A stretch of DNA of 64,000 nucleotides. Origin: Terriglobia bacterium (GTDB taxonomy: Bacteria; Acidobacteriota; Terriglobia; 20CM-2-55-15). Both the position numbers and the translations under genes were made by a program. Location of the stretch: positions 192,001 to 256,000 of the forward strand of contig CBDAOY010000008.1 in NCBI GenBank assembly GCA_965198225.1, written 5' to 3'. The notes beneath the pieces are model-generated. The model did no database searches. It was not told the origin of the DNA and worked only from the letters and a program-made list of their open reading frames with translations. Shown in pieces: positions 28,800 to 38,503 of this stretch (position 1 is the stretch's first letter; each line of letters begins with the position of its first letter).

Positions 28800-31520
28800 A
28801 TGATAACAGTCCTGTTCGCAGCTCTTGTCAGTCTGACGGTGCACGTCAGTGAGGTAGTGGAGGGTCTGACGCTGGTCGTCGTCGATCCGGCCGGGACGGT
28901 TGTGGGTGCAGTCGAGGTGCCCGAACCAGGGGACTACGTCTTCGAGGTCGACGAGGGTCTGTACACCATCCGCGCCGTCGTGGCCGACATAACCATCATC
29001 TCCTTTCCCGACATCGCGGTTCCACGCACCAGCCCGCTCGACATCGCCATCAATGAAGAGTCTCTGGAACGTGCCGAGGAGCCGGAAATGGCGAGCGGCT
29101 CGCAGAGAAATCAGAACATCCAGGTCAACCTCATCGACAACCAGGCGATCACCGAGTCGTTGGGCCGGCAGGGCGGAACCGCATTCCCGATCACCGAGTT
29201 CTCAGCCGTGCGGGGCAACTATGCCGCCGAGCTGGGAGGTATGGGTCCGGATCCTCAGGTCGTGGCCGCCGATCAACGCAATGCCTACCACGGGGAAATC
29301 TACGATTCCCTGCAGAACAGCGTGTTCAACGCGCGAACGTTTTTTCAGGTTGGACCGGTCCAGCCGTCACGGAGAAACCAGTATGGTTTCCGTATCGGCG
29401 GCCCGCTCGGCGGTGGGGATCGCCTCTCGTTCGTCTTGACGGGCGAAGAGACGCGCGAGTCCGGCTTCGTCAACGGCAACGTCCTGGTCCCACTGCCGGA
29501 TGAACGCACACCGCGGGCGTCCGACCCGGCGGTGAACGCCGAGCTCGCCCGTTGGCTTTCCGCCTATCCCGATGAATTGCCCAACCGCCCCGAGATCGAC
29601 AAGCGCCTGCTGAACACGAATGCGATCCAGACCATTCGGAACTCCGGCGGCACCTTCCAGATGGACTGGTCGCCCCGCGACTCCGACCGAGTTTCACTCC
29701 GCTATTCGATCAACGACAACTTCATCGATTCGTTCGAGTTCGTCGTGGGGCAGAACCCCAATCAGCGCCTTCGGCCGCAGACCTTGAATCTCGGCTTCGA
29801 ACGGTTGGCGTCGGGTAACACGACCTTCCGGCTCGGCTTCAACTACTTGAGACGGAAAGTTCACGTCCTGGTGCCGCCCGGATCGGTCGGCCCGTACGTC
29901 TTCACCAGTTTCGAGATCGAGCCTCTGGGTCCCCGACTCACGTTTCCGGTGCGCCGCGTCAGCAACGATTTCCAGTACCTGGTCCAGGGGACGACGAGCT
30001 CCGGGAGGCATCAGCTGGACTGGGGCGGAGGAGTCGTTCGGTCCCAGCTCAACGAGTTCCAGAGCGACGGGACTCGCGGCAATTTCAGCTTCAGGCCGAA
30101 CTTCGGCCGGAGTGCGCTCGAGAACATCCTCGTCGGGGAAGCGAGCGACTACCTGAGCGTTCAGGGCGATCCGTATCGAGGATTCCGGCGTACCGATTGG
30201 GACATCTACGTCAATGACCGCATTCGCGTGACGCCGAACCTCAACCTGACGCTGGGCCTGCGCTACGAATTCGCCGGTACTCCCAGCGAGGTCAACGATC
30301 TCACTGCGTTTTCCTACGATTCCGACGCGAACAATTTCGCTCCGCGCGTGGGCCTCGCCTATTCCGTGGGGCGACAGGTCTTCCGAGCGGGCTACGGGAT
30401 TTCGTTCGGCGAAGTCTTCCCGGCGACGTATCGGGTCGCCAGGCTGAATCCACCGGCGATCTTGCCCGTTTCCCTGCAGAGTCCCGACCTGCTGGATCCT
30501 CTCGGGGATTTCCAGGGGACCCCCGGCGAAACGCCCCGATCGGGCCTGAACCTGATCAGCCCGGACCTGGTGACGCCGTACTCCCATCAGTACTCCCTCC
30601 AAATCGACCGTGAGCTCCCGGCCCAGGTGTTCTTCAGGGTGGCCTACGTGGGAAGCCGGACCCTGAAGCTGTTCCGATCCGTGAGGGGCAACCGAGCCGT
30701 GCCGGTGGAAGGTATCGAGCGTACCACCGCTACGATCAACCTGCGCCGACCGGATCCGCGGTACTTCACCGTCGCCGAGGTTGGGAATCGGACGCGTGCC
30801 TATTTCGACGCCTTGCAACTGGCCGTGGAGAAGGTCTTCAGCCAGGGACTGGCTTTGCGGGCCAACTACAGCTTCAGCAAGGCGCTCGACACCGGAGGGG
30901 ATTTCTATGGAACAGGCGTCAGCATGATGGACCAACGGGCACAGACCGAAGACGCGGTGTTCATCGACTTGAAGTCCTTCAGCCGGTTCGATGCCCCGCA
31001 GAGCTTCGTCTTCGGCTATTCCTGGGAGGCGCCCAGCCGGCTGGGAGGCTGGACCCTGTCCGGCACGGCCATCCTTCGCTCCGGGACGCCCTTTACGGTC
31101 GACACGGGGTCGGACGCCCCGCCGGTCGGCAACGTCGACGGGGAGTACCACGACCGGCCCTCGATCCTTGACACGAGCCTGATCGGGCGCAGCGTCGATG
31201 ATCCCGACACCGCGCTCCAGGTGCTCAAACCCTCCGCGTTCGATCCCACGGCCCCTTTCCGTGAGGGGCGTGGCAACCTCTCCACGAATGCCTTGCGCAA
31301 GGACGGGATCACAAACTTCAACTTCGCTCTATCACGGACCTTCCCGATTTCTCGGGATCAGATCCGCACCGTGTTGTTCCGCGCAGAGGCCATCAACGCG
31401 TTCAACCATCCGCAGTTCGAGAAGCCCAACTCGAGTCTTTCCTCGCAGTCCTTCGGACAGATCACCAACACGCTGAACGCGGGGAGGATCCTGCAGTTTC
31501 ACCTGAGGTTTGCGTTTTGA
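28800..31520 (+). CDS. TonB-dependent receptor-like outer-membrane protein with reduced plug
   Basis: NARTFF, RRNQYG, LTLGLRYE, NNFAPRVG, FRAEAINAFNHPQF and a terminal F. The N-terminal region is atypical. Confidence 0.85.
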   Translation: MITVLFAALVSLTVHVSEVVEGLTLVVVDPAGTVVGAVEVPEPGDYVFEVDEGLYTIRAVVADITIISFPDIAVPRTSPLDIAINEESLERAEEPEMASGSQRNQNIQVNLIDNQAITESLGRQGGTAFPITEFSAVRGNYAAELGGMGPDPQVVAADQRNAYHGEIYDSLQNSVFNARTFFQVGPVQPSRRNQYGFRIGGPLGGGDRLSFVLTGEETRESGFVNGNVLVPLPDERTPRASDPAVNAELARWLSAYPDELPNRPEIDKRLLNTNAIQTIRNSGGTFQMDWSPRDSDRVSLRYSINDNFIDSFEFVVGQNPNQRLRPQTLNLGFERLASGNTTFRLGFNYLRRKVHVLVPPGSVGPYVFTSFEIEPLGPRLTFPVRRVSNDFQYLVQGTTSSGRHQLDWGGGVVRSQLNEFQSDGTRGNFSFRPNFGRSALENILVGEASDYLSVQGDPYRGFRRTDWDIYVNDRIRVTPNLNLTLGLRYEFAGTPSEVNDLTAFSYDSDANNFAPRVGLAYSVGRQVFRAGYGISFGEVFPATYRVARLNPPAILPVSLQSPDLLDPLGDFQGTPGETPRSGLNLISPDLVTPYSHQYSLQIDRELPAQVFFRVAYVGSRTLKLFRSVRGNRAVPVEGIERTTATINLRRPDPRYFTVAEVGNRTRAYFDALQLAVEKVFSQGLALRANYSFSKALDTGGDFYGTGVSMMDQRAQTEDAVFIDLKSFSRFDAPQSFVFGYSWEAPSRLGGWTLSGTAILRSGTPFTVDTGSDAPPVGNVDGEYHDRPSILDTSLIGRSVDDPDTALQVLKPSAFDPTAPFREGRGNLSTNALRKDGITNFNFALSRTFPISRDQIRTVLFRAEAINAFNHPQFEKPNSSLSSQSFGQITNTLNAGRILQFHLRFAF

Positions 31521-31598
31521 CCGGTCCGGCCCCTGTTCGGGTCGCGAGAGGCGAGTCTCGAGCCGGTTCGCGCAGGGCACGCCTGGCTGCCCAAAGGA

Positions 31599-32534
31599 AT
31601 GGAGTCGATGCCACGTAAGAAGATTTCGGTAATCGGGGCGGGCAACGTCGGTGCGACAACCGCTCTGCGCCTGGCCGGCCTGGGTCTGTTCGACATTGCC
31701 CTGGTGGATGTGATCGAGGGCATGCCCCAGGGACGAGCCCTGGATATGCTGCAGGCCGGGGCGGTCACCTTGTCGGACAGCTCCATTGTGGGGAGCAACG
31801 GCTATGACGTCACCGCGGACTCGGACATCGTGATAATCCCAGGCGGGCTGCCGCGGCTGCCGGGAATGACCCGCGACGATCTGCTGTTGAAGAACGCCGA
31901 GATCGTGACCCAGGCAGTTCGGGGCGTGATGGAGAAATCTCCGGAACCGATTATGATCGTGGTAACGAACCCGCTCGATGCGATGTGTCACGTCGCAGCC
32001 CGGACGAGCGGACTCCCGCTTTCGCGGGTGATCGGTATGGCCGGAATTCTCGATTCTGCGCGCTTCCGGACGTTCATCGCCCTCGAACTGGGCGTGTCGG
32101 TCCGCAACGTCGACGCACTGGTTCTCGGAGGCCATGGCGACACCATGGTTCCACTGCCCCGACTGTCGACGGTGGCCGGCGTGCCGATCACGGAGTTGCT
32201 TTCCCCCGACCGGATCGACGCGCTGGTGGACCGAACACGGAACGGCGGCACGGAGATCGTGAAGCTGCTGAAGACCGGCGGCGCGTACTATGCACCTTCG
32301 GCGGCCATCGTCGAAATGGTTCGGGCGATCGTGCTCGATGAGCAGAACATCCTGCCCTGCTCCGCGTATCTTCAAGGACAGTACGGGATCGAGGATGTTT
32401 ACGTGGGCGTCCCGGTGGTTCTGGGCGCCGAAGGGATAAAGCGGATCGTCGAGCTCGACTTGCTGCCTGACGAATTGGAAGCACTGCACCGATCCGCGGA
32501 CGCAGTCCGGTCGCTCAGAGACAAGTTGCCCTAG
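31599..32534 (+). CDS. mdh: Malate dehydrogenase (LDH-like type)
   Basis: [31 protein letters not shown] and GGHGD. Confidence 0.9.
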   Translation: MESMPRKKISVIGAGNVGATTALRLAGLGLFDIALVDVIEGMPQGRALDMLQAGAVTLSDSSIVGSNGYDVTADSDIVIIPGGLPRLPGMTRDDLLLKNAEIVTQAVRGVMEKSPEPIMIVVTNPLDAMCHVAARTSGLPLSRVIGMAGILDSARFRTFIALELGVSVRNVDALVLGGHGDTMVPLPRLSTVAGVPITELLSPDRIDALVDRTRNGGTEIVKLLKTGGAYYAPSAAIVEMVRAIVLDEQNILPCSAYLQGQYGIEDVYVGVPVVLGAEGIKRIVELDLLPDELEALHRSADAVRSLRDKLP

Positions 32535-32561
32535 TCACATCCTTCAACGGAGGCCCTGAAA

Positions 32562-33758
32562 ATGAGGAATCAATGGAACCGTCGAGAGCTTCTGATCAAC
32601 GGAGGGCGCGCTGCGGCGGCTTTCGCCGCTCTCGGGATACCCGAAACTGTCTGGGCGCTCCAGGATGGTGAAGAGTTGGTGGACTTTGCCGACTACACCG
32701 ATCAGTTTCGCGTCGAGTTTCAGCAGAGAAATCCGCGCGTTCGCTGCTTCGACCTGCGTCGGCTGACGAGTTGGGCCACCCCCAACGACGAGTTTTACGC
32801 TTTTCATCAGACCGAGACAATGCGCGTGGATGCCTCCCAGTGGCGTCTGCGCATCGGAGGATTCGTCGAGCGACCCATGGAGTTCACGCTCGAGGAACTC
32901 AAGCAGAGAGCGGACAAGCGGGAGGAGGCCGTGACGCTCGAGTGTTCCGGCAACTCCCCGCGCCCGGCACGTATGAGCGGCTTGTTGAGCAATGCCGTCT
33001 GGTCGGGTATCGGCCTTCGATCGATCCTTACCGAATGCCGCGTGAAGCCGGAAGCCCGCGAGGTCGTGTTTCTCGGAATGGACATGGAGAAGGAGAACAA
33101 GTGGCAGGCCAGGGGCCAGGAGTACGAGATCCCGCATGGACGCAGTGTCTACATCCAGGACGCGCTGAACCCGGAGGCCATGCTTGCCTACGAAATGAAC
33201 GGGGAGCCGTTGCCGCCGGATCAGGGTTTTCCGCTCCGACTGATCCTGCCCGGCTGGTACGGGATGACGCAAATCAAGTGGTTGACGCGTATCGAAGTCC
33301 TCGATCGCCGCTACGAAGGCGAGCATATGGCACGAAACTACCTGAGCCTGCGATCCGTGGAAGCTCCGGAAGGAACGATCTGGCTCGACACTTCGATCTC
33401 CAGGAACAACATGAAGTCGCTCGTGGCCCGCGTGACGCGCCGCCCGAGCGGCAGCGGCTACGCTTACAGGATTTCCGGAGCCGCCTGGGGGGGCCGGACA
33501 CCGATCGAGAAGGTCGAGGTCCGTGTCGACGAAGGCCCGTGGCGCAGAGCCACGATCACCGATCGCCGTGGCAAGTATGCGTGGATGTTGTGGTCCGTCG
33601 ATTGGCCTGCCCCTTCACGTGGCGAGCACACCCTGGTGTCTAGGGCGACCGACGCGAACGGTCGCGTCCAGCCTCCGCTGGATGAGCTGAGGAAGGATAT
33701 TGCGAGCGGTCGTGAGAACTACTCCCAGTGGCCGCGACCCATCGTGATCAGGAACTGA
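32562..33758 (+). CDS. Tat-exported sulfite-oxidase-family molybdoenzyme (SorA/SoxC-like)
   Basis: NRRELL Tat motif, TLECSGN Mo-ligating Cys, GFPLRLILPGWYG..IKWL and a Moco dimerisation domain (SRATD). Confidence 0.88.
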   Translation: MRNQWNRRELLINGGRAAAAFAALGIPETVWALQDGEELVDFADYTDQFRVEFQQRNPRVRCFDLRRLTSWATPNDEFYAFHQTETMRVDASQWRLRIGGFVERPMEFTLEELKQRADKREEAVTLECSGNSPRPARMSGLLSNAVWSGIGLRSILTECRVKPEAREVVFLGMDMEKENKWQARGQEYEIPHGRSVYIQDALNPEAMLAYEMNGEPLPPDQGFPLRLILPGWYGMTQIKWLTRIEVLDRRYEGEHMARNYLSLRSVEAPEGTIWLDTSISRNNMKSLVARVTRRPSGSGYAYRISGAAWGGRTPIEKVEVRVDEGPWRRATITDRRGKYAWMLWSVDWPAPSRGEHTLVSRATDANGRVQPPLDELRKDIASGRENYSQWPRPIVIRN

Positions 33759-33861
33759 GCTTTCTTCTTGTCAACCGGCCTTTCCCTCGCCGTGGCCTGG
33801 AACGGGTATGTCATCGTCTGGGCGGATAAGGCCTAACTAAAGTTATAGGAAATAGAGCGTC

Positions 33862-33889
33862 CATCGATATATGTAAATATATATCGATG
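33862..33889. promoter_or_regulatory. Perfect AT-rich inverted repeat, candidate operator
   Basis: CATCGATATAT-gtaaat-ATATATCGATG, about 160 bp upstream of a TonB receptor gene. Confidence 0.6.
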
Positions 33890-34045
33890 TAGGAGTTACT
33901 GTGCTGCGAGCCCTCTGCTAGTATACGCTGACCGAAAGTTGTGAAAGTCCAACGATTAATAAATCGGGTTCATTGCGAGAGGTGCGGACCGCTTGTCGTG
34001 CGAGTTCCGTCAGGACGCGGTGAATCCTGCACTTGAGGAGGGATC

Positions 34046-37000
34046 ATGGAGAGGTCTAGGCTGCAGCTCGTCCGGGCATCGCTTTGGGCGATGTCTCTGC
34101 TGATCTGCATCAGCATTACGTCGTTTGGCCAGGTGAGCGGAACGATTTCCGGCACCGTGACGGACGTCACCGGAGCCGTTTTACCCGGGGTTGAAGTGAC
34201 GGCGACCAACGCCGGCACGGGTCTCGCCCGTACGGTCATCACCAACGAGAACGGGGTCTACGTCATCCCGGTGCTCCCCGTTGGGGGGTACCGCGTAGCG
34301 GCGGGCCTGCCAGGGTTCCAGACCGGGGTCCGGGAAGGGATCGAGCTGAACACGGATGACCGCATTGCGGTGAACTTCGCGCTCGAAGTCGGCGCGATCA
34401 CCTCGGAGATCCTGGTGACCGAAGCGGCGCCGCTGATCCAGTCGGAGACTTCCGAGATCGGCGCCGTGATCGAAAACAAGCGGATCGTAGAGCTGCCGCT
34501 CAACGGCCGTGAGTTCCAGCAACTGGCACTGCTGGTTCCGGGCACCTTCACGCCGCCTGCCGGATCCTCGAACGGCTTCCGCGGAGGGATCTCGATTGCC
34601 GGATCCCGGGAGAGGGACACCGGTTTCTTCATCGACGGGATCAACATGGTGGATACGATCACCAGTTCGGTGACGTTCCGTCCGTCCGTCGACATGATCC
34701 AGGAATTCAAAGTACACACGAGCCGGTATTCAGCCGAGGTCGGGCGCAATGCGGGCGGTCACGTGACCGTTACGACGAAGTCCGGCACCAACCAGTTACA
34801 CGGTGCTCTCTTCGAGTTCGTCCGCAATCACATCTTCGACGCCAAGAACTACTTCGACCCGCACGATGAACCGATTCCCCCATACAAGCGGAACCAGTTT
34901 GGCGCGACCGTCAGTGGGCCCATCATTCAGGACAAGACATTCTTCCTGTTCAACTTCGAGTCGCTCCGGCTGAGGCAGGCGCTGACGAAGACCGCAACGG
35001 TACCGAGTACGGCCATGAGGCGTGGGGATTTCTCCGCGCTGAGTACACCGATCATCGACCCATTCACCGGTTTGCAGTTTCCCGGCAACATCATCCCTGC
35101 GGATCGAATTTCCTCGATCGGTCAAGAGACCGCCAACTGGTATCCGGACCCGAATCTTTCTGGAAGCTCACGGAACTTCGTGTCGGCGCCGACCGATCGG
35201 AGGGATATCGATCAGTTCACGGTCCGAATCGATCATCGCGTTTCCGAGAGCAACAACTTGTACGGTCGATTTTCCTGGAGCGACGACGTGGAGCTGGATC
35301 CGTTCGATGCCTTCAACGGCATCACGAATCTGCCCCAGTTCGGGCGTTTGGACGATCAGGGCGCCTGGAACCTTTCAATCGTGGACAACCATGTCTTCAA
35401 TCCGAACGTGGTCGGAGAATTCCGCCTCGGATACAACCGTTTCCGCCAATTCCGGTCGGTATTCCCGGAGGAACAGCGAAACCAGACGCTGGAGCTGGGC
35501 ATCCCCGGAACCACGACGAATCCGGTCAATTTTGGTTTCCCGACCTTCAGCGTGACGGGGTTCGATACCCTCGGCAAGAGCGGCCTTCCGAGCGATCGAA
35601 GTGACAACCACTACCAGGCAATCGGTAACCTGACGTGGACGCGTGGCAATCACACGATCAAGTTCGGAACCGACGTATCCTGGCAACAGAGTGACCGGAT
35701 CAACAACAGCAACAGTCGCGGCATCTTCCGGTATGACGGGCGGTACACCGGGAACTCGATGGCCGACCTGCTGATGGGATTCCCCCGTCAGACTTCGAGA
35801 AGAATCGGGGAGAGCAAGGCCTATCCATCCACCTGGGTTTTCGGCCACTATCTGCAGGATGACTGGAAGATCACGCCCAATCTCACCCTGAATATCGGCG
35901 TCCGCTACGATTGGCAGACGCACCTCGTCGCCGGCAACAACCGGTTCAGCCGTTACAATCCGGCCACCGGCAACATCGAGATCGCCGGGACCGCGAGCGA
36001 TCTCCGGGATATTTCGCGGCCCGATAACCCGCTTTCCACGAACTTCAGCCCGGCAATTCAGGCTCTGGCCCAGACCGTAACCTTTGCCGATCTCGGCAGG
36101 CGGCACATGACCACGCACGACCGCAACGACTTTGCGCCCCGGTTCGGTCTGGCGTACAGCATGTTCGACGACAGTGTGGTGCTCCGTGCCGGTTACGGCG
36201 TCTACTTCAACGAGTACGAGTTGGGGGCCTGGAGCCGGATCGGCAACGACACGTATCCTTTCAAGGTCGACCAGTCCTTCAACGGTGCACCCAGGGGTTC
36301 CGCTCCGACTATCATGATCGCCGATCCCTTCCCGGACTCCCTGTCACGGGCCACGATCTCCCCGAAGAGCGCCCAGGACCATCTTCCAACGATGTATGTC
36401 CAACAGTACAACTTCGGACTGCAGATCCAGCCCGTGTCGGACCTCATGATCGATGTCGGCTACGTCGGCAGCAAGAGCACTCACTTGCCGGAGGTCCGCA
36501 ATCTGAACCAGGCCCGTCCCTGTGACACCAGGTTGGCGAGCTGCGGCTCGATCGCCTCACGGCGACCCTTCCAGGGCCTCGGCAACATTAATCATTACGA
36601 AGGCACCGGCCTCGCGAATTTCAATTCGCTCCAGATGCGGGTCGAAAAACGCTACGCGCAGGGCCTGACGTTGATGGGTGCCTATACCTGGTCCAAGTCC
36701 ATCGACCTCAGCTCGGCCGGCGCTTCGGCCGGTCGGATCAGCATTCAGGATCACTACAACATCCGCGCGGGTATGCGTGGCCCGTCGGGCTTTGACGCGC
36801 GTCAACGCCTGGTCCTCAGCTACGTAATTGAGTTACCGTTCGGGTCGGGTCAACGCTTCCTGTCCAACGCCAGTGGGATTGGCAACTGGTTCTTGAGCGG
36901 CTGGGAGTTATCCGGCATCAACACATTCCAATCCGGCCGCCCCTTCACGGTCCGGCTACCTTCTGACAACAGCGGTACCGGCGCGCGAAGGACGGATCGC

Positions 37001-37336
37001 CCCAATCAGATCGCCGATGGGAATCTGTCGTCCGGCCGGACGATCGATCGATGGTTCAACCTGGACGCCTATGTCATGCCGCCACGCGGAACTTTCGGGA
37101 ACGCCGGCCGGAACAACGTTGTTGGACCGGGCCTGAACAACACCGATTTCTCGGTCATCAAGAACAGCCGGTTTGGTGAGGATATGAACGTCCAGTTCCG
37201 TGCGGAGTTCTTCAACGCCTTTAACCACCCGAACTTCGATTTTCCGAACCGTGACTTCGGCACCCGTAACTTCGGTAAGATCTTTACGGCTCAGTTCTCG
37301 CGCCAGATTCAGTTCGGGTTGAAGTTCATCTTTTAG
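34046..37336 (+). CDS. TonB-dependent receptor (paralog of 24382..27642)
   Basis: Same motif set as 24382..27642, including shared RDISRP and NRDFGTRNFGKIF. Confidence 0.93.
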   Translation: MERSRLQLVRASLWAMSLLICISITSFGQVSGTISGTVTDVTGAVLPGVEVTATNAGTGLARTVITNENGVYVIPVLPVGGYRVAAGLPGFQTGVREGIELNTDDRIAVNFALEVGAITSEILVTEAAPLIQSETSEIGAVIENKRIVELPLNGREFQQLALLVPGTFTPPAGSSNGFRGGISIAGSRERDTGFFIDGINMVDTITSSVTFRPSVDMIQEFKVHTSRYSAEVGRNAGGHVTVTTKSGTNQLHGALFEFVRNHIFDAKNYFDPHDEPIPPYKRNQFGATVSGPIIQDKTFFLFNFESLRLRQALTKTATVPSTAMRRGDFSALSTPIIDPFTGLQFPGNIIPADRISSIGQETANWYPDPNLSGSSRNFVSAPTDRRDIDQFTVRIDHRVSESNNLYGRFSWSDDVELDPFDAFNGITNLPQFGRLDDQGAWNLSIVDNHVFNPNVVGEFRLGYNRFRQFRSVFPEEQRNQTLELGIPGTTTNPVNFGFPTFSVTGFDTLGKSGLPSDRSDNHYQAIGNLTWTRGNHTIKFGTDVSWQQSDRINNSNSRGIFRYDGRYTGNSMADLLMGFPRQTSRRIGESKAYPSTWVFGHYLQDDWKITPNLTLNIGVRYDWQTHLVAGNNRFSRYNPATGNIEIAGTASDLRDISRPDNPLSTNFSPAIQALAQTVTFADLGRRHMTTHDRNDFAPRFGLAYSMFDDSVVLRAGYGVYFNEYELGAWSRIGNDTYPFKVDQSFNGAPRGSAPTIMIADPFPDSLSRATISPKSAQDHLPTMYVQQYNFGLQIQPVSDLMIDVGYVGSKSTHLPEVRNLNQARPCDTRLASCGSIASRRPFQGLGNINHYEGTGLANFNSLQMRVEKRYAQGLTLMGAYTWSKSIDLSSAGASAGRISIQDHYNIRAGMRGPSGFDARQRLVLSYVIELPFGSGQRFLSNASGIGNWFLSGWELSGINTFQSGRPFTVRLPSDNSGTGARRTDRPNQIADGNLSSGRTIDRWFNLDAYVMPPRGTFGNAGRNNVVGPGLNNTDFSVIKNSRFGEDMNVQFRAEFFNAFNHPNFDFPNRDFGTRNFGKIFTAQFSRQIQFGLKFIF

Positions 37337-37399
37337 CCCGACAGGCATCGGACGACGGGTGCCCTACCCGTCGTCCGATGGTTGCAAGAATGTAGAATC

Positions 37400-37428
37400 G
37401 GGGCGGCTTCACCAGCCGCCCCTTTTTT
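37400..37428 (+). terminator. Intrinsic terminator
   Basis: GGGGCGGCT-tcacc-AGCCGCCCC followed by a T-run. Confidence 0.8.
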
Positions 37429-37490
37429 CTTACCGATCTGAAATCTCGAATCTCGATCCTCCAATTTCGATTGCGGAATTCCCGTCGGAT

Positions 37491-38429
37491 GTGCGCTCAT
37501 AGAGCGCCCCTACACCAGAGCGGGAAGAGTCGCTGGGCCCGTGTAGGTGCGGTCTATGACCGCACATTGTTCGGGTTGGAGGGATGTGCGCTCGTAGAGC
37601 GCCCCTAACAGCAGGAGCGTGTCACCGGGCCCGTGTAGGTGCGGTCTATGACCGCACGTTGTTCGGGTTCGAGGAATGTGCGCTCATAGAGCGCCCCTAC
37701 ACCAGGAGCGTGTCACCGGGCCCGTGTAGGTGCGGTCTATGACCGCACGTTGTTCGGGTTCGAGGGATGTGCGCTCATAGAGCGCCCCTACACCGGAGCG
37801 GTGGGACTCGCTGCGCCCGTGTAGGTGCGGTCTATGACCGCACATTGTTCGGGTTTGGGGATGTGCGCTCATAGAGCGCCCCTACACCGGAGCGGTGGGA
37901 CTCGCTGCGCCCGTGTAGGTGCGGTCTATGACCGCACATTGTTCGGGTTTGGGGAATGTGCGCTCATAGAGCGCCCCTACAGCAGGAGCGTGTCACCGGG
38001 CCCGTGTCGGTGCGGTCTATGACCGCACATTGTTCGGGTTGGAGGGATGTGCGCTCATAGAGCGCCCCTACAGCAGGAGCGTGTCACCGGGCCCGTGTCG
38101 GCGCGGCCTGTGACCACACATTGCTCCGGTTCGAGGGATGTGCGCTCAGCGCCCCTAGAGCGCCCCTACATTGCTCCGGTTCGAGGATGTACACCAGGAC
38201 TCGCGGTGTAGGAGTCGCTGGGCCCGTGTAGGTGCGGTCTATGACCGCACATTGTTCGAGTTGGAGGGATGTGCGCTCATAGAGCGCCCCTACACCAGGA
38301 GCGTGTCACCGGAGGTGCGGTCTGTGACCGCACGTTGTTCGGGTTCGAGGGATGTGCGCTCATAGAGCGCCCCTACAGCGGGAGCGGTAGGAGTCGCTGG
38401 GCCCGTGTCGGTGCGGTCTGTGACCGCAC
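37491..38429. repeat. Tandem BIME/REPIN-like array of about 10 REP doublets (period about 91-95 bp)
   Basis: Alternating GTAGGTGCGGTCTATGACCGCAC and inverted GTAGGGGCGCTCTATGAGCGCAC, with two recurrent linker types. Confidence 0.9.
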
Positions 38430-38503
38430 AGTGCCGCAGTTTGGTAGGAACGGTGAGAAGGTGGAAGCCTGGATTTCTTATGAAGAAATCCAGGCCCAGG
38501 GCG

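Noticed and set aside
37491-38429. Possible CRISPR array
   Set aside because: Repeats alternate in orientation, the 'spacers' are near-copies of each other, there are no cas genes, and the same units occur as isolated doublets elsewhere. This is REP/BIME behaviour.
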